Below are positions 28,183-38,789 of a stretch of 64,000 bases of DNA, one piece after another. Source of the stretch: Mobula hypostoma (Eukaryota); the NCBI RefSeq assembly GCF_963921235.1, contig NC_086108.1, forward strand, positions 79,610,001 to 79,674,000, given 5' to 3'. Both the position numbers and the translations under genes were made by a program. The stretch's first letter is position 1. Each line of letters begins with the position of its first letter. A model generated the notes under the pieces. It worked only from the letters and a program-made list of their open reading frames with translations, was not told the origin of the DNA and ran no database searches.

Positions 28183-28701
28183 AAAACGCAAACACGAGAA
28201 AATCTGCAGGTGCTGGAAATTCAAGCTACACACAGACAAAATGTTGGTGGAACGCTGCAGGCCAGGCAGCATCTATAGGAAGAGGGACAGTCAACGTTTT
28301 GGGCCAAGACCCTTCATCAGGACTAACTGAATGAAGAGATAGTAAGAGATTTGAGGTGGGAGGGGGAGATCTGAAATGATAGGAGAAGACAGGAGGGGGA
28401 GGCATGAAGCTAAGAGCGGGAAAGTTGATTGGCAAAAGGGATACAGAGTTGGAGAAGGGGAGGATCATGGAACAGGGGGCCTCCCTTTTGCCAATCAACT
28501 TTCCAGCTATTAGCTTCTTCCCTCCCCCTCCTGTCTTCTCCTATCATTTCGGATCTTCCCCTCCCCCTCCCACTTTCAAATCTCTTACTATCTCTTCTTT
28601 CCGTTAGTCCTGACAAAGGGTCTCCCCCAAAATATCAACTGTACTTCTTCCTTTCGACGCTGCCTGACCTGCTGCGTTCCACCAGCATTTTGTGTGTGTT
28701 G
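28183..28701. mobile_element. Fold-back (inverted) Penelope-derived element with two decayed hammerhead motifs, inserted in Gypsy gag
   Basis: Arms ~28220-28441 and ~28482-28701 are reverse complements; TSD CTTGTCTATCTTTA (28169-28182) / CTTGTCTACCTTTA (28702-28715); sequence resembles the PLE 3' end at 40870-41141. Confidence 0.88.
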
Positions 28702-29509
28702 CTTGTCTACCTTTACGAAGCTTCTGCTCTTTTTTATTTATTATTATTATTATCATCCGGTACTTGCTGTTTATGAACCCATGGCCAAATTTATTGCTTG
28801 TTAATTTTGTCCATTTTTTTGCCTTTTTTTTTAGCTCAAGTGTCTCTCTCCTTCCAAAGAAAAACATGCTGAGCTGAAACAGGTAGGTAGCCATCTCAGG
28901 TTAATTTTAAAACTTCCTCATCACCACTGTTGCGTTTTGTAACTCCAGAAACTAAATACACTACAGTTTGCTGTGATACTTTGCTTGGAGAGTTAATAAT
29001 TTCAGAGTCAATGAGAAAAATTGTCATCTGACCAGGGGTGAATGACAGATGAGTCAGGCCTTTGGATAATGTTACTTTGTTGACTCTTCATTCTTCAAAA
29101 TGTGGTAATTTAAGGAGAGGAAGAATAGAAGAGAATTTACAGAATCACATCTGAAAATGGGAGATTAACTTAAAATTCTACGCATTTCCCCGAAGAGATA
29201 CTTGGTATACAAACACCACAGTGAAAAGATGTGCAATGGCCAATAATAACATCCCTTTGAAAAATTCAGAAAAGACACTACAAGAGAGCTTCTGTATCAA
29301 ATCTGAAATGCAGCCAGCACCAGCACCCTTTCCACACTGTGAAGTATTTAGGTTAACCTTATGGAAGAATGGAATGATGTAGACAAATACATCTGTAAAG
29401 AGGCTGTAGTAGAACAATTTCTCTTCCAGCCACAGCGCTTTCAAAATTTGGAAGAGAATGAAGCACTGCAAAAAGCAGAGGAAACATCATTAAAATTATG
29501 CTTTTTAAA

Positions 29510-30425
29510 AAGACCATAAGAAATAGGGGCAGAATTAGGCCATTTGGACCATTGAGTGTGCTCTGCCATTCCATCATGGCTGATTTATTATCCCTCTCAA
29601 CCCTATTCTCCCACCTTTTCCCCATAAACTTTGATGCCCTTCTTAATCAAGAACTTACCAAACTCCACTTTAAATATATTCAGTGACTTGGCCTCCACGG
29701 CTGTCTGTGGCAATGAATTCATAGATTCATCACCCTCTTGCTAAAGAAATTTCTCCTCATCTCTATTCTAAAGGGACGTCCTTACAATCTGTGGCTGTGC
29801 CCTCTAGTCCTAGACTCCTCCACAATAGGAAACATCTTCTCCATATCCATTCTATCTAGGCCTTCCAATATTTGACAGTTTTCAATGAGATCCGCCTTCA
29901 TTCTTCTAAACTCCAATGAACACGATCCCAGAAGCATCAAACGCTCCTCATAAGTTAACCCTTTTATTCCAGGGATCATTCCTGTGAACCTCCTCTGGAC
30001 CCTCTCTAATACCAGCATATCCTTTCTTGGATAAGGGACCCAAAACTGGTCACAATACTCCAAGTGTGGTCTAATAAATACCTTATAAAGTGACCGTGTC
30101 CCCTTCCAATCAAATTTGGCTAGCTCCTTTCTCATGCCTCTGTGATTCCCTTTACTTCACTAATACATCTGACTTTAGCTTCACCCTCTCAAAATACAGG
30201 GTGAATTTTATTATGATCACTGACTCCTAAGAGTTCCCTTATCTTAAGCTCCCTAATAAAATCTGGTTCATTACACAATACCCAATCCAGAATTGCCTTT
30301 CCTCTAGTGGGCCCAACCACAAGCTGCTCTAAAAACCCATCGTGTAGGCATTCTACAAATTCCTTCTCTTAGGATCCAGCACCAACCTAATTTTTCCAAT
30401 CTACCTGCATATTGAAATCCCTCAT
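29510..30425 (-). mobile_element. CR1 LINE with large internal deletion (EN region joined to ORF2 C-terminus)
   Basis: (TCTTATGG)-type tail at ~29512; IRPHLEYCDQFW and RTRGHS motifs; jumps near 30095 to ELAKFDW/EN sequence. Confidence 0.82.
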
Positions 30426-30744
30426 GTAGCTGGCATGATGTGGAAGACATGGATGCTGAATAAGAAATAAGGTTTTAGAAATACATTTGAGCAAACTGAT
30501 TGCGGTTAACTTATTTGGTTAAGAACAGAATATGTTGGGGATGTACTTGGTGATTGCTTTCTCCAGTGACTCAGTGTAAGCAAATGAAACAAGAGGTTCC
30601 ATGTTTAGACAAGAATCCATGATGTTTCCTAGGGATGTAAGGTCTACTGAATATTAACCTTTGCCCAAATACCCATCATCAGGAAGTTAACACAATCACT
30701 TTTCCTATTACATCACAAAGCTTACCTATCAGGAATTAATTAGT

Positions 30745-30975
30745 AAGCAAAACACTGCACGTACAGTAAAGCTGAAAAAGAAGTAGAAATTGCTGGGGAA
30801 ACTGAGCAATCAGACAATATCTGTAGAAGAAAAAAAATCAGAGTTCATTGTTGGGTGAAAAACATTGCATCAGAAATGAAAGCTTCCTTGATGGGTTATT
30901 ATTCTGAAACATCAACTGTTTCTTTCTGCATAGGTGCTGCCTAACCTGCTGAATATCTCCAAAATAATCTTTTTC
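30745..30975. mobile_element. Very old fold-back PLE terminal element
   Basis: GCTGGGGAAACTGAGCAATCAGACAATATCTGT on the left and GGTGCTGCCTAACCTGCTGAATATCTCC on the right are decayed inverted copies of the PLE end motif. Confidence 0.55.
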
Positions 30976-33084
30976 TAGTTTTTTTTAAGTGATCTACCTT
31001 CAGTGAAAGGGCAAAATTTAGGCTTTAGAATCTTATCTTATAATACTGGGTGCATAACTACTTTAAAAATTGTATCATGTGGCTAACTATTCTATTTTAT
31101 TTGGCCATTCATCAGTTTGACAAGACAGAGTGGATTTTTCAGTCTAGGAGTTAATCGCACTAAAGATTCTGTCTTTCATGTGAGTTTCTTTTGTTTAATC
31201 AAATAAGCATATTATAATGTATATCCATTTTAGGATTGTAGCCTTTGACCAAATACTCTTTCTACATTTTGTGACACTGGTTTGGAAAATGCTTCCAAGA
31301 AGTCTCTATTTCTAGACCAACTGCCTTCTTGGATCAATTTAACAGGAAAGGTTTATTTTATTCTGTATGTTCCTTTATTTAATGAACTGTTTGTTCATTT
31401 AACTCACCATTCTCTAGTATCTTAGAAACTGATACTGATGCATCTGCCACTGTAGTGAACATGATTTAAAGTGACAAGATTAGCTTTACTTGTCACACGT
31501 ACATCGAAATGTACAGTGAATTATGTCATTTGCACCCATTATTTTCCAATGAGATTAATCCAATTTATTTGACCTTATTAATAAAATTTGTGAAAATGTG
31601 GTTAGGTGAGGGGTGAAACAAGGAACGATTTCTTGAGTATTGCCTAGTTACCATATGATGAGGATCAAGGGGAAAAGACTTACATTTATATAATGGCTTT
31701 CATTTTCAAAATGGACTCCACCAAATTAATTATCTTTCTAAATATAATCATAGCTTCCGAGAAGAAATAAATAAGAACAACATCCCTGTATGAAGATTCC
31801 TTGTTTGAATCATGCAGGTAAATGAATAATGTCTCAGAACTGGCCTGAAGAGGAATAATTTTACTTTTTCTGGAATGAGCAACGTGATGATTCTTTGCAG
31901 CACAACATCAACAAAGTGACATAATCAGGATCATTTGGAGAGGATAAATGATCACATAGGTGTAATTGGGTGCTGCGGGTTCATTGGGCCAGAAGGTTCT
32001 GTTGCCGTGCTGTATCTCTTAAGTAAAAATAAAAATATTCGTTGTGGTACAAGCAGATATTAGCAATCTGACAGGCAGTACCTCCAGGTGCAGTTTCTGT
32101 GAGGAATTGAAGCAAGCCAGAATAAATCCCATTGATATGATGATACCTCAGGCAAAAAAAATTTGTGCTGGTTTTTTCCGTTGTCCACTTTCTGTTCTTT
32201 ACACCACTCCTGCCCTCAATCCTTATGACTGAAAGCAATGTTTTTCTTTCCTGTTGTACTTCTAAATTCTCATTGGTAAGATTGGCAGCACTTCACATGA
32301 TCATTTTAATCCAGTAAAGCCCTCACTGGGATAGCACACGTTGGACATTATTTGTTTTTAAACGTTTCCTTTCTTCCAAGCACAGCAAATAACATCTTTA
32401 AAGCTGAGAGTGTTATTACGGTGGGATTTGTTCTCCACGGGATATACGCCAAACTAAATTTAATCCGTCACTGTCATTTTTATCTCCTCTATTAATAAAC
32501 ATAGGAGAGATCAGCATTTTTAAGTTAATTTGCCAGAAAATGCTGCAATTAATTCAGTTATACTTTTTTGTTGTTCTTCTTTCTGTTAATATTTTTAGTG
32601 AAATGAGGAACAGTATTTGTTATTAATGTTGTGTCCAAGTTTATTTTGGAAGAATTTAACAGAATCTGCTTAAACTCTTTAACTGCAATTTGTTTTAATG
32701 AACTGATGTTTTTATGTATGTATCTATGTCTTAATGTGTACGTGCAAAATGAGACTGATTGCAACTGGTATGACCATCCCCATAGTCCTGTTGTAAATAC
32801 ATTAACGTAGCTTTAAACTGAAATAACCTTTTCTCACTCAGTAGTTACTGTATGAAATACATACTGTATCGATTAATATCTGCACAAAAAGCTCATAAAG
32901 TGTTTGGTACACTCTTGAATTCCATTCTTAACTATGTAATCCTTTAGATAAATTGTCAGACGTGAATAATCTTAAATTAAAAGCTTAAATTAGAATTTTT
33001 TTAAATTGCTAGAGCTATTTTTTTTCAACAGATGAACGCCTGATGTTCATGATAGGGTAGACATAACATGTAGAGCAATGTAGC

Positions 33085-33375
33085 TTTGAGGGGTTAGAAG
33101 AGCTGGAAGAACTCTTGCCTCATAGCTCCAGTGACTTGGGTTCAATCCCAACCTCCATGCTATTTGTGTGGAGGCAGTACATTCGTACTGTGTTGACATG
33201 AGTTTCCTCAGGGTGGTATGGCACTGTCTCTTGTGCACAGGTAAGCGCAGGAGCCAGGTGATGAGGATGTTCATGCTGATGGGAATGTGGGTGAAAAATT
33301 AGATTGGAGTGGCATTGGTATATAAGGTTGAAGCAGGTTTGGTAATCTAATGGGTCAGTTTCCATCCTGTACGTC
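33085..33375 (+). mobile_element. Old V-SINE-like element
   Basis: TTGCCTCATAGCTCCAGTGACTTGGGTTCAATCCC (B-box) followed by TGTGTGGAG and GAGTTTCCTCAGGGTG V-domain remnants. Confidence 0.65.
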
Positions 33376-35899
33376 TGCTTTTGCTCAGATGTCAAGTTTA
33401 GAACTGGAATAAATTTCCTGCTACTGCCACAACCCAATATCTGGGAGTGTAGTTATTCTTGTGGACTTTCCAGATAATATTTCTAATTTCTGCCAAACTA
33501 TTTTGTATGTAGTTTATATCAGCAGGAATTAACACGGCCACGTTTATTTTCTTTGTGGTCACCTGCCAAAGAAGGCGTTTGATTAATTTTGATTTTTTTT
33601 ATTCACTTATTCATTCACTTTTTTCAGATGGGTACTGAGAAATTAGGGGGTAATTCATTTCTCCCCCTCCCACCCCCACCACCAGGGCACTTCTGTATAA
33701 ATAGTGTCAGGCAAAATTCTCCAGATATTGGCCTCCAGGCCTTGTCTTATATCTAAAAAAATAAAATAAATCGTTTCTCAGTCTGACACCAGAGATTTAC
33801 AGGGCATCCCTGTAAATAGATAATCTTCTCTTACCAAGAGCAAATAAGTTTAAGTCACAAGAGAAGGTGCCTATTTATGGGAATATATGTTACTATCTTT
33901 AAAAACATAAGCTATGTTAAGCAAAATTCCATCTTGGCTTTAGAATAGAACACAAAGCATTGTGTGATCACAATACTTCTGTCATTATACAATTGTGTAC
34001 TTCCAATGTTACTGTGAAGGGTGTCATCATAAACCGGTGATATTAAATTAAAAATCTTTCAGTCCCTCCTCATTTCACATTGATTTCTTTCAAACAATTA
34101 ATTCAGGAGGCTTTAGAATTAACATACTATGATAATAAGCTATATTGTTTAAAACAATTCTTTGGAAATAAAATAACATGGCATTGGCATATCAATGTGC
34201 CACAGGATCATTCAAATATCAATTGGAATATGTTCCCTCCTTTCTGTTACTGAATAGACCTGCGTTCTTTCCACCAAATGCACAATGTTTCTGAATTAGC
34301 ATTGACCCAACAGTTCTGTTTAGCAACAAATACTGAAATTCTACCTTGTATTTTTTTAAACTGCGTCCTTACACATAAGAACTATCAGGCATAACTGAAC
34401 TACCTTCAAACCCAGTTAATCAACACAGTGCAATATTACAGAGAGGTAGCATAGTGAGATTCAACACGACGTGTTGACCAGAGAACGCGTGGAAATATGA
34501 TCTTTATCAATATTTAAATACACAAAGTTTTAAAATAGAACATTTCGTATTGAAACATTTGAGTGGGAGAACAATGGCTGTGAAAGAGTGAGTCCCAATG
34601 AAGACACCTTTAGTATTCAAGGGGCCAGAGAGGGTTGTTTTCCCCTGAATTCTGCTGAGGTTTTATCAGGTTATTTGCCTCAATTTGAAAACATGAATGG
34701 TTAAATAAATTAGGCCAAATCGCACTGGTTGTGGCTGCTAGTTCTGTTCATCCAAGATTTCTGCTCATGCGCTGTAAGTCTGGTAAATGGTGAGAATTTG
34801 AAGGGGCCAAATCTATCACTCGATTCAGGCCTGGACTGGATTTCAAAGCAGTGGGGATTCTCGGGCTGCAGATTAAGAGGCAGAGGAAAGATAACTTTTT
34901 TTTAAAAAACTACTTCAAAAAACAGCACGTTAAATCAGACTAACTTAAATAAAAACAAATTTTTTAAAGCTATTTTATTAGCTTTTAATAATCTGTGGAT
35001 TAAAATAAGATTCATTTCAACTTCAATATCCTTTTAAATATGTCTTTTAAAATAGTTAAAATCATTGACAGTTGTACCAGGAAACCTCTGGCTTTGCCTC
35101 CTGTTAGGACCAATGATATCAGTCCTTTGTCCTCAGTCAAGAAAAACAAGAGGATTGCAGATGATAATTCCAACTGCTGATCTGACCTGGAAAAATACAA
35201 GGTGTTGTGATGATGCTGAGGAGGCCACAAGCAACCTGGAATCAGTATCTGTCTTCATTTGTGCACCTACATGTCACATGCAGAATTCCCCTGAGAGTAT
35301 ATTTTGCTCTCTGGTCATTACTGGAGAGGTTTCACTAACAGCATTTAGTGCTTAAAAATCTTAAAGAAACAAATTAGAGTTCAAAGTAAATATATGACTG
35401 AAGTTCATATATGTTACCATATACAACCCTGAGATCTGTTTCAGTACCAGCTTTTCAGGGGGAGCTGGACAGAGTCTTTGTAACAAAATCAATTGAAGGA
35501 ATTGGGTAATGAGTTGTGGGTTTTGGTTTCGGACACTGAAGCTAACCAGATGGGTCAGAAAGATTGTTCCAGAACAGAACATGCCAGTGTTTTGCTGTAC
35601 TGTTTACATCTGCTTCTAATATGTTGCTGCTTCAACAATGAGTACGGGTGAAATGACTAGGGATTGAACTGAAATGGACATTGAGTAAGATTTAATCTGC
35701 ATTTATATACCAAAATAAACATTCCATGGCTGTTCACGATAAAATAGGTGGTGGGCAGTTATGGAACTAGGAAAAAGGAGGGTTGGAGAGAGAGAGAGCG
35801 AGAGAGAAAGAGAGAAAGGTTTTGAAATTGTTTTCAGGGTGGTCGGTGACAGATGACAAGGATTTATAAAAACTAATTCGTGGAAGCATAGTCATGATT

Positions 35900-36380
35900 T
35901 TAAAAGAATATGGCTGGAGGAACTCTGCTCTTTGAGGGGTGGTGTTGCCATACTCTGCTTAAAAGGCACAGTGTGAAGAAGGTACACCAAGAATTAATAC
36001 ACTCAGAATAAAGATTTTTGGTATTTGCACAGAAATGCTGTTGGAGGATGATTAATTCGGTGAAAGATGCACTTTGGTCATCCTGAAACTTATTGGTCAT
36101 CCAGTACAATGAATTGTCCATAGAGAATATTGCCAACTGGCTGAACTACTTGCCAAGAGACACACTGAAGTCTGGAGCAGTGAATGCAAAGGATTTGTGG
36201 GTAAGTCTAAGGTCCTTGTGTCACTGGACATCAAGGAGCCAAATCTCAAGTCTGATTGTGTGTAACAGCCTCAAATGCTTGAAGATTGTATCGTCCATTG
36301 AGGCTGTTTGAGTGGCAATGCTGCCCTGTACACGGAATGTGCTAACACTAAAAATGTATAAAACTGGTAACACTATGAAT
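35900..36380 (+). mobile_element. Tx1/L1-clade LINE 3' fragment, degenerate
   Basis: CWRMINSVKDALWSS*NLLVIQ...RDTLKSGAVNAKDLW resembles the recalled C-terminus of vertebrate Tx1-like ORF2. Confidence 0.65.
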
Positions 36381-36664
36381 GCATAGGCTGAATGCCATCT
36401 TGAACATAAAGAAAGCTTCTGCACTGGTTCTTATATTTCTTATAAATATTTTAAGAATACTGTTTATTTTTGAAATTTGAGAAGTATTCTTCAATGGTGG
36501 GTTGGGATCATAATAAAAAAAATCATAATTAAAGTCCAATAGTCATCGGGAATTAGTATCGAGTTGGTATACAGATAGCCATAGAAATAATTGGTTTTTA
36601 CAACAGGTAATTTTTATCTTTCCTAATATTGACTGGGACTGACTTGATGGGATGCAGTTTAAAG

Positions 36665-37560
36665 CATAAGACATAGGAGCACAATTATGCCATTCGGTCC
36701 ATTGAACCTACTCCGTCATAGCTGATTTAATATCCTTCTCAACGTCATTCTCCTGCCTTCTCCCCTTAACCTTTAAAGCCTAGACCAATCAAAAACTCTA
36801 TAGGTGGCGGGGTGGAGATTCGTCTCTACCAGAGGAGGTGTAAGGCACTCCTTCCCTCCGCTAGCCTGCAGGTCACCCTTGGGCAATGTGTAGCACCTGC
36901 TTAGCCTCCCAATCAGGGTTATGTGAAGCCATGGGAACTGGTGATTAAAGCTCGTAAGAGCAGCCGATGCATACAATAATAAGTACTTTATTGATCCCGA
37001 GTGGGAAATTATTTCGTCACAGCAGCAACATTTAAAAACACACTTAGCAGTGTGCAGACTTAACTAATAATAAAGTACAGAATAATAATACATAATAAGT
37101 CCTGGTTATGCAACCACTAACACCAGGCAGACAATCTCTGAAGAGTATTGATAATGGCTCGGGTCACCTGTCTTGTAAAGACACTACCCAGAAAAAGGCA
37201 ATGGCAAACCACTCCTGTAGAAAATTTGCTAAGAACGTTTATAGTCATGGAAAGACCATGATTGCCCACGTCATACGATACGGTACATAACGAACAAACA
37301 ATCAACATTTGCTATAAATATACACAATTTATGTAGCAATGAATTCCACAGATACACCACTCTCTGGTGGAAGAAATTCCTCCTCAAAAGGGACGTCCTT
37401 GTATTCTGAGACTGTGCCTTCTTGGACTAAACTCACCCACTATAGGAAACATCCTCTCCACGTCCACTCTTTCTAGGCCGTTCAATACTGGATATGATTC
37501 AATGAGCTCCCCCCTTCATTCTTCTAAACTCCAGTGAGTACAGGCCCAGAGGTATCAAAG
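36665..37560 (-). mobile_element. CR1 3' end split by an RTE-related insert
   Basis: CATAAGACATAGGAGCA tail at ~36665; CR1 sequence stops at ~36800 and resumes at ~37280. Confidence 0.8.
36801..37280 (+). mobile_element. Short RTE-related non-autonomous element (SINE-like), itself interrupted by a Rex-type tail at ~36974-37097
   Basis: GGCAATGGCAAACCACTCCTGTA..TTGC resembles the RTE/BovB-associated motif; ends in ACGAACAAACAA; the internal insert reads GGGATCAATAAAGTA on the minus strand. Confidence 0.6.
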
Positions 37561-37739
37561 TGTGTCCAGGTAAGTTCTTTCAAGCAATAAGTAACTGCTC
37601 CTACTAGAAGGGGTGCAACACTTAGAAGGTGAGGCTGGGCAGTAAGCTGATATGTCAGTGAGGAGACAGTGTCGCTTTGGGAACAGTGATCATACTCCTG
37701 GAAGTTCTAACATAGTTATGGAAAGAGATTGGACCAGTC

Positions 37740-38380
37740 ATTAATTTGATGGTTTTCCCAGTGTCAAATGCCTAATACTAAAGGGCATGCTTTAAGATGA
37801 GAGAGAATGTGCAAAGGAGATGCGTGGGGCAAGATCATTTGCACAGAGAGTGGTGGGTGCCTGGAAGGTACTGACTGGAGTGGTGATGGAGGCAAATACA
37901 ATATGAGCATTCAAGAGGTTTTTAGATAGGCACTTGAATGTGTTAGATAAGGAAAGACATCGCTTTATCATGCAGTAGTAAACTAAGGCAACTGTTCTTG
38001 CTGTGTTGACGTTTCGCCACTCATTCAAGAGGATTCTTCAGTTCTGATCCATGGTGGGTACCCTGCCGGTTTATAAACTCTGTGAGTTGTTTAAAGGTAT
38101 AGCAATCATATGAGGGTCATTAAGAGTTGTAGATGTAATGAGAGGGTCATTAGTCATCCTTGCATAAATGGAGGTGTGAGCTGTTGTGGAGACACCGGGG
38201 TGGAGGTGTTAGGACTGCATTGTAAGTAGCTGATAGGTGGTGCCATACCTCTCCCCTCTGTTTAGTTGGGAATTTTATTGCTAGTTTAATTAGGTTGGCA
38301 CAATATTATGGGCTGAATCGCCTTTTCTTGTTCTAGACTGCTCTATGGGCTATTTTTGGTCTGTACTGATCTATGTTCTA
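37740..38380 (+). mobile_element. CR1 3' end interrupted by a Penelope fragment
   Basis: FAQRVVGAWKVL and FKRFLDRHL remnants; tail GGGCTGAA...CTCTATG at 38310-38380. Confidence 0.65.
37955..38265 (-). mobile_element. Penelope-like element, second family, 3' end with hammerhead core
   Basis: Minus strand encodes LNRG..HHLSATYNAVL (PLE C-terminus) followed by CTGAAGA-ATCCTCTTGAATGAGTGGC-GAAA-CGTC. Confidence 0.75.
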
Positions 38381-38789
38381 TTTTTGGTCCACGTGTTAAA
38401 GCCCTAAATTTGGGACAAAGCTAATTTTGATGGCATTAGACAGAGACTTGTAAAGGTTGACCAGAAGAGGCTTTTAAAAATGAGATGGGGAGAATTCAGG
38501 GCTAACATATTTCTGTTGGGGTGAAGAGCAAGGCTAATAAGTTTGACAAAACCCTGGATGTCAGGAAAAAGAAGGAGGCATATGTCTGGTATAGGAAGTG
38601 AGATCAAACCTGTCTCTTCAGGGGTTGGAGCTCAGGTTTATTGGTACTAGCATACATAGCCAGAATATCAATGCCATGAAAGTTTGCTTTTTTGCAGCAG
38701 CAAAGTCCATTAAGAACATGACAAACATAAATTAAATAATCTTAAATGAACGAATTATATATATGCATGACATAAACAGAAAAAGATAT

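Larger units (their letters stand above)
25274..28965 (-). mobile_element. Decayed Gypsy (Mag/K02A2.6-like) LTR retrotransposon
   Basis: 5-bp TSD GTTTG (25269-25273, 28966-28970); LTRs 25274-25509 and 28928-28965; PBS-like TGGTGATGAGG next to 5' LTR; PPT AAGCAGGAAGGAG at 25510-25522; gag with Cys/His knuckles, protease MEFDTS, RT KKDGSVRTCGDFK and YLDDII; many stops; most of RNase H/integrase not seen. Confidence 0.9.

Noticed and set aside
28980..29500. Unique-looking stretch that might be a host exon
   Set aside because: No recognisable protein motif or convincing splice-bounded open frame
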